A stretch of DNA of 44,008 bases from Thermoanaerobaculia bacterium (GTDB taxonomy: Bacteria; Acidobacteriota; Thermoanaerobaculia; Multivoradales; JAHEKO01). The DNA lies in assembly GCA_041394745.1 (NCBI GenBank), contig JAWKHP010000027.1, positions 1 through 44,008 of the forward strand. Reading direction: 5' to 3'. Positions 1 to 13,299 of this stretch are shown here, in pieces (within the stretch, counting starts at the first letter, position 1; every line of letters starts with the position of its first letter). A program made the position numbers and the translations under genes. The notes beneath the pieces were generated by a model that was not told where the DNA came from, did no database searches, and saw only the letters and a program-made list of their open reading frames with translations.

Positions 1-3297
<3,297 letters not shown>

Positions 3298-3440
3298 GGA
3301 GGTCCCCGAGGCGAACGGCAGTCTAGCAGCGCGGGCCTCCGCCCCGGGGCGGGCCGGTGCTAATCTTCCCGCGCTTCGAACGAACTGCATGAGCCGCGGC
3401 GCCCTGCGGGCGCGAGGGATCGGCTCGGACTGGAGGCACC

Positions 3441-4145
3441 ATGTCGAGAAGGCTCGTCAGGTCCAGAGGCGCGGCGGCCGTGCTCGCCGCCGGCGCGCTC
3501 TTCCAACCCGTCGTCGGCTCGGCGGAGGAAACCGGAGGGGCCGAGACTCCGGAGGCTGTCTACGCCCGGGTCGTCGCGGCCGCCGAGAGCGAGGACGTCG
3601 GCGAGATCTTCGCCTGCCTGGCCCCGGAGGAGCGCGCCGAGACCACCATGATGATGGTGGCGATGACCGGCTTCATGGTCGGCATGGCGGGAATGGCCGC
3701 CGACATGGGCGGAGAGATGGGCGACGCGTTCGCCGAGGGCGCCGCGGCCGAGACGGCCGAGTCGATGGCCGCCCAGAAGGCCGCGGCCGCGGCCGAGGCG
3801 GCGGCGCTCTCCGAGCGCTGGGAGGGGATCCTCGATCGTCACGGCCTGAAGGACACCATGACCGACGTCAGCCTCGACGACACGAAGACCGATGCCGTCG
3901 CAGCCCTGGCCGGAGTCGATCAGACCGCGTTGATCAACGACCTGATGGCCTTCCTCGACGACATCGGCGAGGAGAACGGCAGCGACGTCGATCCCAACCC
4001 GCTGACCGCCCCGGTCGGCGAGCTCGAGGACCTCGTCGTCGACGGCGACCGCGCAACGGCCCGGGTCGGCGAGGAGGAGGTCCGGTTCGTCCGCGTCGAC
4101 GGCCGCTGGTACCTCTCCATGGGCGGCCTCGAGGAGCTCGACTAG
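3441..4145 (+). CDS. Hypothetical secreted/lipoprotein-like protein (Ala/Glu/Met-rich, N-terminal signal peptide)
   Basis: 234-aa ORF with GGAGG Shine-Dalgarno 6-10 nt upstream of the ATG. N-terminal hydrophobic signal (AAAVLAAGALF). High-GC third-position codon usage consistent with the host. Divergent from the kinase gene. Confidence 0.6.
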   Translation: MSRRLVRSRGAAAVLAAGALFQPVVGSAEETGGAETPEAVYARVVAAAESEDVGEIFACLAPEERAETTMMMVAMTGFMVGMAGMAADMGGEMGDAFAEGAAAETAESMAAQKAAAAAEAAALSERWEGILDRHGLKDTMTDVSLDDTKTDAVAALAGVDQTALINDLMAFLDDIGEENGSDVDPNPLTAPVGELEDLVVDGDRATARVGEEEVRFVRVDGRWYLSMGGLEELD

Positions 4146-4157
4146 GAGCGCCTCCCC

Positions 4158-4679
4158 ATGGCGGCGTTCGTCTTCGTCTCCCATCCGCCGCGGCCGGAGC
4201 GGGCTCCCTTCGTGCGCTCGATCTCGACAAGCACGGCAAGATCGTCACCTGGCTCAAGGGTGCAGCACGGCCTGACTCACGGCTACGCCAACCTGATCGC
4301 CCACGAGGCGCTCGGGTCGGCGGCGGCCCACTCGGAGGCCGACGATCTCGTCGCAGGCCAGTACGCCGGCAAGGAGACCTTGCGGCCGATCTACGACCGC
4401 ATCGCCACGGCAGTGCGGACTTCGGCGACGACGTCGAGTTGGCGCCGAAGAAGGGCTACGTCAGCCTGCGCCGGGCCAAGCAGTTCGGTCTCGTCCAGCC
4501 TTCGACAAGACGCGGGTGGACGTCGGGCTGTAGCTCAAGGAGCCGAGCCCACCGGCCGGCTCGAGGCGTCGGGCTCCTTCAATGCCATGGTCAGCCACCG
4601 GGTCCGCGTGACCGACCCGGCCGACGTCGACGCCGAGCTCGTCGGCTGGCTCCGGCGCGCCTACGACGCGGCAGGCTGA
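4158..4679 (+). pseudogene. DUF4287/DUF5655-family gene broken by multiple frameshifts
   Basis: Family-diagnostic segments appear in alternating frames. KHGKIVTWLKG (frame +2), then HGLTHGYANLIAHEALG...RPIYDRIATAV (frame 0), then DFGDDVELAPKKGYVSLRRAKQFGLVQPS (frame +2). TKTRVDVG follows, and the gene ends EPTGRLEASGSFNAMVSHRVRVTDPADVDAELVGWLRRAYDAAG (frame 0). At least 4 single-base shifts. The N-terminus is not recognisable. Confidence 0.6.
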
Positions 4680-4696
4680 CCGACCGCAGACGCCGC

Positions 4697-5692
4697 CTAG
4701 GGTTTGGCTTGCAGCCCGGCCAGCAACTCGTGGATCGCGTGCCGGGCGTCGGGGCGCAGCGTGCCGTCGGGGGCCGCGAGCGCATCGCCTCCCAGGACCC
4801 GCACGGTGACGTCGAGGCCCTCCGACTCCATCGACCGCTCGATCCGCTCGACCGAGGCGCGGGTGGGCTGCTCGGGGTCGTCGGCGGCGAAGAGGAAGAG
4901 CACCGGGACGTCGACGGTCCACCACCAGGTCATCGGGTCGAAGTCGACGACGCGGCCCCACCAGCTCCAGTAGGGATCGTCCGGGCTCGCGGGGTAGCCG
5001 TCGACGGCGTCGGCGCCGTAGGACTCCTCGACCTCGCGGCGCAGGGCGGCGTAGCGCTCCCAATCGCCGCGGCCGCGGGCGATCTCGTTCGACGCGCCGA
5101 GCAGATCGAGGGCGAGCGTCACGTCCTCGGCGGGCGCCCCGCGCCGGCGCCAGGCGCGCTCCACCCTCCAGGCGGCGCCGTCCGCGACGGTCGAGGCTCC
5201 GCCGGAGATCTCGACGACGAACGCCAGACTCGCGTCCTGGGAGGCCGCCACCGCGGCGACCTGGGCGCCCTGCGAGAGGCCGACGAGACCGATGTGCGCG
5301 CCGTCGATCTCCGGCAGGGTGCGCAGCAGCTTCACTCCGGTCAGGGCGTCCCACGCCAGGTCCTCGAAGTCGGCTCGCAGGGGATCGCCGCCCGAGTCGC
5401 CGGTGCCGCGCGGGTCGAAGACGAGCACCGCCAGGCCGTCGGCGGCGAGCGCGCGCGCCGCGCCGCGCACCCGGGGGTCGTCGCGACCGGTCGCGCCGGC
5501 GGGCGGAAGGACCACGGCGGCGCGGTACGGAGCCTCGCCGGCCGGCAGGATCAGCGCGCCGGCCAGCTCGACGTCGCCGTTGGTCCAACGCAACGGTCGC
5601 TCCGCGGCCCCGGCGACGGCGCACGACGCCAGGGCGAGCGCCAGGGCCGCGCGTGCCCGGGGGCGGCGGCGCGTCTCAGTACTTGAGGTCAT
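4697..5692 (-). CDS. Secreted alpha/beta-hydrolase (S9 / dienelactone-hydrolase-like)
   Basis: 331-aa intact ORF with signal peptide (ALALALASCAVAGAA) and GxSxG nucleophile elbow (GLSQGA). Its start overlaps the upstream small ORF by 17 nt, as in an operon. Confidence 0.8.
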   Translation of the reverse strand: MTSSTETRRRPRARAALALALASCAVAGAAERPLRWTNGDVELAGALILPAGEAPYRAAVVLPPAGATGRDDPRVRGAARALAADGLAVLVFDPRGTGDSGGDPLRADFEDLAWDALTGVKLLRTLPEIDGAHIGLVGLSQGAQVAAVAASQDASLAFVVEISGGASTVADGAAWRVERAWRRRGAPAEDVTLALDLLGASNEIARGRGDWERYAALRREVEESYGADAVDGYPASPDDPYWSWWGRVVDFDPMTWWWTVDVPVLFLFAADDPEQPTRASVERIERSMESEGLDVTVRVLGGDALAAPDGTLRPDARHAIHELLAGLQAKP

Positions 5693-6076
5693 CGCCGTCC
5701 TCCTCTTCGTCGACGTCGATCAGGGGCGTCAGCGCGCGTCCGAGCGGCGAGACGACGAGATCCGCCCGCGCCTGCTCACCGGAGGGCCAGAGCACCGCGT
5801 CGAGGAGCCAGACGATCTGCAACAGCCGTCCCTCGTAGCTCCACGGACCCTGCGGCAGGGTGAGCTCCACGGTGTGCTCGCCCTGCCGGGCCGGGGCCGG
5901 GACCTCGACCGTCGCGGCCACGCCCTCCTCGCGGTCGCCCTTGCCCCGCGTCTCCCAGAGCAGCCGCACCTCGACACCCTCCGGGGCGAAGTCGGCGCTC
6001 CACCGGACCTCGGCACGCACGGTCTCGCCCGGTGCCCGGCACGCCTTCGCCTCGAGCAGACGAACCTCGATGCTCA
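5676..6076 (-). CDS. Small hypothetical protein (~133 aa, acidic C-terminus), translationally coupled to the upstream DUF3592 gene
   Basis: GTG start overlaps the TGA of the DUF3592 gene (GTGA). Sequence VSIEVRLLEAKA...PQGPWSYEGRLLQIVWLL...DVDEEEDGDDLKY; coherent codon usage. The ORF track shows it only as the tail of the artefactual 5676..9818 ORF. Confidence 0.5.
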
Positions 6077-7588
6077 CGGGGCGGCCTCCGGGAGGACGAC
6101 GACGGCGAACTCGTCCTGGACGTCCGGCCAGCGGGCGATCGAGCCGTGCACGGTCAGCACCCACTCGATCCAGTTGTTCCGTCCGGACAGGGAGTGCATC
6201 GCCCCGGCCGGAATCTCGAGGCGCACGTCGCCCCCGCTCAGCAGGCCCCGCTGCGACTCCTCGACCAGGCGCACCCGGGCGAAGACCCTCTGACGCGTCG
6301 TGCTCGAGTCGCCGCTGCCGTACCTCACCTTCTCCCGGCCCTCGAGGCGGATCCGCACCGACTGCAGCCTCCCCGTCGCACCGCTGAACGACCAGCGGAG
6401 CATCGTCGAGCGCCCCGGCGCCAGCCGAGCGTCGGCCAGCACCAGGTGCGGACGCGGGTTCGCCAGCGCCAGGAGCTGGTAGGGGACGGCGGCCAGCAGG
6501 GCCAGCCCGATGAGCACGAACGGGGTCAGGAAGCAGCCCAGCGCCCAGTGCGGCTCCCGCCAGAGCTGCCAGAGGAAGACCGAGACGATCCCGTTCCAGA
6601 AGAGGGCGACGCCGACGATGCAGCCGAGCTTGCCGAGCGGCGAGAGCGCCGGCTCGAGGGCGAGCTCGCCCGGCGCCGGCGCCTCGGGCAGGACCTCGTG
6701 CTCGCTCCAGCGCTCGAGCAGGCCGGGGCGCCCGGGCGTCGTCTCTCCACCCGGCTCGATCGGGGTCCCCGGCTCGATCGCCGCAGCCCCGCGGCTCTTG
6801 CGGCTCCGGCCCTGCCAGGCGAGGTACAACCCGGCGGCCCCGACGGCCACGAAGACGAGGGGCAGGAGGCCGAACAGGAACTCCCAGGAGAGACCCCGAT
6901 GGAGCACCGACTCCTCGGGGTCGGCCGGGCTCACCCAGCAGGTCGTCGTCGTTCCGGGCGCCAGCGCGTCGACGACCCGCTGCTTGCCTTCGTAGCCCGA
7001 GGACGAGCCGTTCAAGAAGCGATAGCGACGGCCCTGGAAGGAGCGTCCGTCGACCTCGTAGCGGTAGCGCACCTCGATGCTGTAGGTGGCGCCGTCTTCG
7101 GAGCTGTGGGTCTCGACGTGACTGGAGAGGATCTCGCACGGAACCGGGTCCCAGCGCAGCGCCTGCACGACCCGCCAGAGAGGAACGAGAAAGAACGCCG
7201 CAAAGGCCAGGCCGACGGCCAGGAACAGGGCGGGGCCCACGATGCAGCCCCAGCTGCCGGCGCTCGACCGGCGCCGGCGCGGCGCCGCGGCCTCCTGCGC
7301 ACCCACGACCTCGGGAGCGGCGTCCGCCCCCGCGGGCTTCCGCCGCTTCCACAGCCGGGTCAGCATGAAGAGCGGAGCGGCCACGAACGGGATGGCGAAG
7401 ATCAGCATGACCAGCGGCCCCTGCCACTCCCCTTCGCGCACCCTGTCCAGCTGCTCGAGCAGCTGCGGCCCGAGCAGGACGACGGCCACGGCCAGGAACC
7501 CCAGCACGAGGAGGCTGGCGACGAGCCGCACGACCCAGCGCGCGCCGCCGGCGAGGCGCTGGAGCCGCGGGTCGATCGGGCGGGGCAC
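6074..7588 (-). CDS. Membrane protein with two DUF3592-like domains
   Basis: 504-aa intact ORF with several TM helices. Two copies of the DUF3592-type core, e.g. CEILSSHVETHSSEDGATYSIEVRYRYEVDGRSFQGRRYRF...WVSPADPEES. Confidence 0.7.
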   Translation of the reverse strand: MPRPIDPRLQRLAGGARWVVRLVASLLVLGFLAVAVVLLGPQLLEQLDRVREGEWQGPLVMLIFAIPFVAAPLFMLTRLWKRRKPAGADAAPEVVGAQEAAAPRRRRSSAGSWGCIVGPALFLAVGLAFAAFFLVPLWRVVQALRWDPVPCEILSSHVETHSSEDGATYSIEVRYRYEVDGRSFQGRRYRFLNGSSSGYEGKQRVVDALAPGTTTTCWVSPADPEESVLHRGLSWEFLFGLLPLVFVAVGAAGLYLAWQGRSRKSRGAAAIEPGTPIEPGGETTPGRPGLLERWSEHEVLPEAPAPGELALEPALSPLGKLGCIVGVALFWNGIVSVFLWQLWREPHWALGCFLTPFVLIGLALLAAVPYQLLALANPRPHLVLADARLAPGRSTMLRWSFSGATGRLQSVRIRLEGREKVRYGSGDSSTTRQRVFARVRLVEESQRGLLSGGDVRLEIPAGAMHSLSGRNNWIEWVLTVHGSIARWPDVQDEFAVVVLPEAAP

Positions 7589-7600
7589 GGTGGCGGGATT

Positions 7601-8877
7601 CTACCCGCCCGCCGCCCCGCCCCGGAGGAGCGGCAGGCGGCGTCCGGCCCAGCCCGGGAACAGCGCCGCGTCGTCGTCGATGCCGAGGTGCCGTCCGGCC
7701 ACCTCGGCGAAGACCGAACGGAAGTCGGTCGTCACCGGCAGGTCCCGGCCCTCGTGCAGGGCGTCGGGAACCAGGCTCTCGAGCGTCCCGTGGACCCTGC
7801 CGCCGTCCACCTCGGAGCCGAGGACGAAGAGGCAGGAGCCGTGCCCGTGATCGGTGCCGCCCGAGCCGTTCTCCGCCACGGTGCGGCCGAACTCGGTCAT
7901 CGTCAGCACGACGACGTCGTCCCGGGACTCGCCCAGATCGAGCCAGAAGGCGCGCAGGGCCGAGGCCAGCTCCGCCGCCTGCCGGGCGAAGCTGCCGCCG
8001 TCGCTCCCCTGCTGTACGTGGGTGTCCCAGCCGCCGGCCTCGGCGAAGGCCACCTCGAGACCGACGCCGCCGCGCACCAGCAGCGCGATCTGACGCAGCG
8101 AGCGGCCGAGCGGTGAGGCGGGGTACTCGGCGCCGGAGGCGGTCCCGCCGCGGACGGAGCGCAGGCTCTCGAGCAGCTCGATCGCCTCGAAGCCGCTCTC
8201 GGCGGAGCCGCGCAACAGCTCCTCCGAGGTCTCGCGGTAGAGACTCTCGAAGCCGCCGTCGACGGCCGCCGGCGTGCCCCCGGCTCCGAGCCGCAGGTCC
8301 TCGAGGTCGGCGACCGCGAGGGCGGGCTCGGGCCCGTAGAGCGAGCGCGGCGTGGCGCGGGTGAGCGCCACGGCGCGGTAGGGAGTCCCCTCGTGCCCCA
8401 GCTCGCCGCAGACGCGGTTGAGCCAGCCGTCGGGGGTCGAGCGCACGCCCGGCGTCCCCGACTCCATGAAGTCCTGCGCGTCGAAGTGCGAGCGGGTCGG
8501 GCCGGGCGAGCCCACGCCGTGCACCACCGCCAGCAGGCCCCGCTCGAAGAACGGTCGCAGCGGCGCCAGCGCCGGATGCAGACCCCAGCCGACCCCGAGA
8601 TCGAGCAGGCGGTGCTCCCCGCCGAGCGCGCGGCGGACAGCGCCAGGCGCGGCCGCAGCCGCTCGAGCCACGGCACGCCGTCGATCGGCGCCACGGCGGC
8701 GAGCCCGTCCATCGCGCCGCGCTGGAAGATGGCCACCAGGACCTTCCGCGCCCCGGCGCGACCCGCGGACCGGCGGCCAGGGCGGCCTCTGCAGGAAGCC
8801 TGGACCGGCCCCGCTGAGACCGCTGCCGAAGAAGGCCACGGCTCCGCCCTTCAGGAACGCCCGGCGCGTCCACGTCA
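7601..8877 (-). pseudogene. DUF1501-family protein (Tat-secreted, sulfatase/AlkP-like) with at least 2 frameshifts
   Basis: Twin-arginine signal MTWTRRAFLKGGAVAFFG in one frame. KVLVAIFQRGAMDGLAAVAPIDGVPWLERLRPRLALSAARSAG is in a second frame. It returns to the first frame for EHRLLDLG...HPALAPLRPFFERGLLAVVHGVGSPGPTRSHFDAQDFME and on to the stop. One shift maps to a GGGG homopolymer (gcggggagcac). Confidence 0.7.
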
Positions 8878-9006
8878 TGACCGCCTCCGGCGCTTGCCGG
8901 CCCCCTTCCTTGCCCTCCACTCCCGGGGGAACGCGCCCACCCTCGTCCTTCCCGGTCCCGCCACAGGTCGAGGCGCCGGGACGGGGCGGGGCCGTCGACG
9001 GAGGTG

Positions 9007-10841
9007 TCATCGCCGCTGGAACTCCGGGGATCGAGGATCACGCCGACCACCTGCTCGAGGGCGTTCGGCTCGGTCGCCCGCTCGCGCCGCGGACGCCGGC
9101 GGGAACCGTCGGCGAAGGGATCGTCGAGGCGTTCGGCTCGGTCGGCCGCTCGCGCCGCGGACGCCGGCGGAACCGTCGGCGAAGGATCGTCGAGGGCGGT
9201 CAGCGCGGCGCACGCCGCCGCCGCGACCCTCTCGGCGAGATCGCGAGACGCGACGAGCACCGCCAGGGCCTCCTCGCCCGCTCCGGCGGGCCGACCCGGC
9301 AGCAAGGCGTGCCAGAGCGTCTCGAGAGCCGCGGCACGGCTCTCCGGCTCGCGGCCGCCGGTCAGCCGGTCGAGGTCGACCAGGACGCCGTCGACGCGGC
9401 CCGCCGCCAGCTCGAGCGCGAAGCTCATGCGGTTGAGCAGCGCCCCGGCGTTGACCCACTGCGTCGCGGCGTCCGGGAAGCCCGTCGGCGCCGGGCAGGC
9501 GTAGAGCGGCTGGCCCATGCGCCGCACCCACTCGACCAGCGCCCGCGGCCGCGAGACCTCGGCCCCGAGCCCGCGCACGGCCGAGATCGCCAGCTCGAAC
9601 GGCGACTTGATCTTCGCCGCTCGCGCCTCGCGGTTCCAGAACTCCGGCGCGGCGACCAGGGCCCGCAGGAGGGCGCGGACGTCGCCGTCGGTCGCCGTCC
9701 AGACCGCGGCCAGCCGCTCGACCAGAGCCGGCGGCGGATCGTCCGACACGAAGCGCACGGCCAGCTCGCGGGCGACGTGCCGCGCCGTGGCGGGGTGACG
9801 AGCCAGGATGTCGAGCACCTCCTCCCGTCCTCGATCCCCCGGCCGGCGCGCAGACGGTGGCCGAGCACGGTCTTGGTACCGGCGTCGTGGGCACCGGCGC
9901 GGAAGACGAAGGCATCCTCGACGACGAAGCCCGCCCGGGTGGCCGGGGACCCGAGGGCAGCTCGGCCATCCGCTCCGGCGGCGTGCCGGGCGGCAGCGCG
10001 GCCCAGCCCGAGAAGGCGCGGGCGACCTCGACGACGTCCTCTTGGGTGTACCCTCCGTCGACGCCCAGGGTGTGGAGCTCCAGCAGCTCGCGGGCGTAGT
10101 TCTCGTTCAGCCCGGTCGAGCGGGCGTTGTCGAGGTAGAAGAGCATCGCGGGGTGGCGAGCGGTGGCGCCGAGCAGATCCCGGAAGCGGCCCAGCGCGTG
10201 GGCACGGATGGCGTCGCGCTCGTAGGCCAGAACGTAGGGCCGGGCCAGCGGGTCCTCGACCGAGACGTTGAAGTGGTTGAACCAGAAGTCGGTCATCACC
10301 TCGCGCAGCTGGTTCTCGGCGTAGACCGCACGCAGCACCTTCTGAGCGAGGAGCTCGCCGAGCAGCTCGTAGAGACCGCGATACCCCCGCTCGTGGGCGA
10401 AGGTGAGGATCTGCGCCCGCAGCGGCGCCAGGTCCTCGGCCGAGAGCGTCGCGGCGTCGAGGTCGGGCGGCAGGACCCCGGCCTCCTGGGCCTCGGCGAG
10501 CAGCGCCCCGATGCTCGGGTAGCGCCGTCCGTACTCGGCCGCCGGCAGGTCGAGGGAGGGCAGACGCGCCAACCGGGCCTCGAGCACGGGCTCGCCGGCC
10601 GCGGCGGCGAGCTGCGCCTCGAACCACCCTTCCGGATCGGCGGCCACCCGCTCGACCTCGCCCGGCCGCGGCCCGAACGCGAAGCGCGAGAGCAGATGCG
10701 CCGCGGCTTCTTCCGCCGTCCAGCCCTGCGCTCGCCAGGGCATCTCGAGCGCCGCCAGGGGCGCGGCGGCGAGGAGCGCGACCAGGGCGATCGCGCAACC
10801 GCGCAACCGAGTGCGGAACCGGCTGCGGCGCCGAGGGGACA
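9007..10841 (-). pseudogene. DUF1800-family protein with at least 3 frameshifts and a tandem duplication at its 3' end
   Basis: N-terminal signal and DFWFNHFNVS...NENYARELLELHTLGVDGGYTQEDVVEVARAFSGW in frame A. FRAGAHDAGTKTVLGHRLRAGRGIEDG in frame B. LDILARHPATARHVARELAVRFVSDDPPPALVERL...MGQPLYACPAPTGFPD in frame C. The family-typical terminal SPEFQRR is back in frame A at 9007. The shift at GIEDG/EVLDIL is a one-G deletion in a GGGG run. Confidence 0.7.
9061..9194. repeat. Tandem direct duplication (68 bp + 66 bp) inside the 3' part of the DUF1800 gene
   Basis: Unit gcgttcggctcggtcgcccgctcgcgccgcggacgccggcgggaaccgtcggcgaagggatcgtcgag occupies 9061-9128 and repeats at 9129-9194. The copies differ by one C/G substitution and two homopolymer-length differences (ggg/gg). 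Confidence 0.75.
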
Positions 10842-10892
10842 TCGAGGACCCAGATGCTCCGGGTCCTCCGGTGGTTACGGCGGCGTGCGGTC

Positions 10893-12455
10893 TCACTCGA
10901 TGTAGCCCAGGGCTCGCAGCTCCTGCAACAGCTCCTCGTCCGCCGCGGAGACGGCGGCCTCGCCGGGTGCGGAGCGACCCCAGCTCTCCACGGTACGGAG
11001 CCGGTGGGATCGGCGGACTTCGTCGCGGAAGAGCTCGAACCGGACGCGGCCCGTGAAGTCCTCGCCCACCGGCAGGCCGAGGCCGTAGAGGAGGGTGGGC
11101 GCGATGTCGCGCACCGACATGCCGCGGATGTCGCCGTGCGGGTCGACGTCGGGGCCGGCCGCCAGCACGATCCCCGCCCAGTGGGGGCTGTGGGTGCCGC
11201 TCAGGCGCGAGACGCGCGTCGTGAAGCCGCGCCAGGGGCGGCCGTCGAGCTGCAGACTCGTGGAGGGCTCCTCGCGCGCCACCACCACCATGAAGTCGGC
11301 GCCGGCCGCACGCTCCTCGTCGGTCGCGTCGCGCAGCCCCAGGACGGGGAGGCCGCTCGCGTAGGTGATGCGCGGCAGGTCGGCCTCCAGACGACGCCGG
11401 GCCTCGGCGCACGCCGTCGCGTCGAAACGGCCCTCGGGCTCGCGGCCCACCGTCGCACAGCGGACCTTCTTCAGGCTGCGGAAGGGCGGGGCCTCGTAGG
11501 TGTAGAGGCTCGTCCGGCTCCAGTCGATGCCCCCCTCGGCATCGCGCGCCTGGTAGCCGAGGCCCTCCAGGATCTCGTCGAGGTCGACCGCCACCCGGCC
11601 GCGCTCCGGGACCTTGGCGTGGAAGCCGTGGTCGGAGAGGACGAGGACGTTGACGCCGGGGCCCGCCGCGGCGAGGATCCGCCCGATCGCCTCGTCGGTG
11701 GCCTCGTAGGCGCCGACGACCCGGGCCCGCAGCGCCGCCTCCTCCGCGGGGTCCTGCGGTGGGAAGCGCTCCGGCTCCCACCCCTTCCACGCCACGTGGC
11801 AGGTGACGTCGACGTCGCGGAAGTAGGCCATCAGCAGATCCCGATGGCCTGCCGCGAGCCGCTCCGCCGCCGCCGCGGTCCGGCGATCGCGCTGCGCCAC
11901 GTCGTCGCCGGGAAAGGCGTTCTCCCCGCGATCGGCCGCGGCCGCCCACTGCCGCCAGGTGCCCTCCATCTCCGGAGGCGTCACCTCGTTTCCGACGCCC
12001 AGCCCGGCGCGATCGCTCACCATGACGCCGGCGATGGGCTCCGCCGGCCAGGTCGCCCACCAGGAGACGACGTCCACCGCCCGGCCGGCGGCGGTCAGCA
12101 TGTTCCACAGGGCGGGGACGCGCCTCAGGGTCGAGGAGACCGGCGCATCCCCGTCCGGCGTCGAGATGGCGAAGCCCGTGATGCCGTGCGTTTCGGGATC
12201 GACGCCGGTCGCCACCGTGGTCCAGATCACCGGCGAGATCCCGAAGTCGGTCGCCAGGCCGCTCCACAGCCCGCGATCGGCGAGCTCGTGGAGCACCGGC
12301 AGCTTGCCCTCCGCCCAGAGCGCTTCGACCACCGTCCGCTCGGCACCGTCGACGCCGATCACCACCCAGCGCGGCCGCCGCGGCGCCTCGGCGCCGCCGC
12401 AGGCGAGGAGCGCGAGGGCCAGGAGCGACGGGAGCAGGGGCCGGAGTTCTCGCAT
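10893..12455 (-). CDS. Alkaline-phosphatase-superfamily protein (type I phosphodiesterase / nucleotide pyrophosphatase-like), secreted
   Basis: 520-aa intact ORF with signal peptide LLALALLACGG. Family-typical motifs (VIGVDGA...; LSDHGF) and C-terminal ...LRALGYIE, common to AlkP-family proteins. Confidence 0.8.
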   Translation of the reverse strand: MRELRPLLPSLLALALLACGGAEAPRRPRWVVIGVDGAERTVVEALWAEGKLPVLHELADRGLWSGLATDFGISPVIWTTVATGVDPETHGITGFAISTPDGDAPVSSTLRRVPALWNMLTAAGRAVDVVSWWATWPAEPIAGVMVSDRAGLGVGNEVTPPEMEGTWRQWAAAADRGENAFPGDDVAQRDRRTAAAAERLAAGHRDLLMAYFRDVDVTCHVAWKGWEPERFPPQDPAEEAALRARVVGAYEATDEAIGRILAAAGPGVNVLVLSDHGFHAKVPERGRVAVDLDEILEGLGYQARDAEGGIDWSRTSLYTYEAPPFRSLKKVRCATVGREPEGRFDATACAEARRRLEADLPRITYASGLPVLGLRDATDEERAAGADFMVVVAREEPSTSLQLDGRPWRGFTTRVSRLSGTHSPHWAGIVLAAGPDVDPHGDIRGMSVRDIAPTLLYGLGLPVGEDFTGRVRFELFRDEVRRSHRLRTVESWGRSAPGEAAVSAADEELLQELRALGYIE

Positions 12456-12524
12456 CGCGGGCGCTCGATCCTACCCCCCGCCTCCGATCGGCGCCGCGAG
12501 CCGCGCTGGCGTACGATCCACCGA

Positions 12525-13298
12525 GTGAGCGACTCCCGGGTCTTCGGCCTCGCCCTGTCGGGAGGCGTGCTGCGCGGCGCGACCCACGTCGGAGTCCTCA
12601 AGGTGCTCGAGCGCGAGGGGCTGCGGCCCGACCGCCTCGCCGGCACCAGCGCCGGGGCGATCGTCGGGGCGCTCTACGCCGCCGGCCTCTCACCGGAGGA
12701 GATCCACTACCAGGCGCGCAGCTTCCGCTGGACGTCGCTGGCGCGCCCGACCTGGAAGCTGTGGTCGAACCTCCTCGACCTCGAGCCGATGATCCGCTGG
12801 CTGCGCGAGCTGGGGTTGGGCGACTTCTCGGACCTCGAGATCCCGTTCGCCGCCGTCGCCTGCGATCTCGCCACCGGGCGCAGCGTGGCGCTGCGCGAGG
12901 GCGACGTCGCCGAGGCCGTCCGCGCGTCGACCGCAGTCCCCGCCCTCTTCCCCCTGGTCGAGCGCGACGGCTGCCAGCTGGTCGACGGCGGCATCGTCAA
13001 CGACCTGCCGATCGACGTCGTGCGCGGCATGGGCGCCGACTACCTGGCGGGCGTCGACGCGCTGCCCCTGGGCCAGATCTTCTACCGCGGCAACCACATG
13101 ATGGAGGTCCTCTTCCGCAGCCGCTACCTCTCGATCCGGGCCAACCACCCGCCGCCGGAGGCCTTCGACTGCCTCATCGTCCCCGAGATCGAGGAGTGCT
13201 CGCTGGTCGACTTCTCGGAGCTCGACCTGCTGGTGCGGCGGGGAGAGGAGGCGGCCGAGCGCGCCCTCGACCGGCTCCACCATGACCTCGGGCGCTGA
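12525..13298 (+). CDS. Patatin-like phospholipase
   Basis: Glycine-rich oxyanion loop GLALSGG; GxSxG serine motif GTSAGAI; catalytic DGG (QLVDGGIVNDLP). Putative GTG start; no in-frame ATG nearby. Confidence 0.8.
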   Translation: MSDSRVFGLALSGGVLRGATHVGVLKVLEREGLRPDRLAGTSAGAIVGALYAAGLSPEEIHYQARSFRWTSLARPTWKLWSNLLDLEPMIRWLRELGLGDFSDLEIPFAAVACDLATGRSVALREGDVAEAVRASTAVPALFPLVERDGCQLVDGGIVNDLPIDVVRGMGADYLAGVDALPLGQIFYRGNHMMEVLFRSRYLSIRANHPPPEAFDCLIVPEIEECSLVDFSELDLLVRRGEEAAERALDRLHHDLGR

Positions 13299-13299
13299 G

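Noticed and set aside
4530-4532. Apparent in-frame TAG nonsense codon in the DUF4287/5655 gene
   Set aside because: Re-reading shows a one-G deletion in a GGGG run just upstream. The third frame reads VGAVAQGAEPTGRLEASGSFNAMVSH with no stop, so it is a frameshift, not a nonsense substitution.
5676-9818. 1380-aa minus-strand ORF
   Set aside because: Not a single gene: it concatenates the small protein, an antisense stretch and one of three frames of DUF1800 because high GC suppresses stop codons. Real genes were resolved individually.
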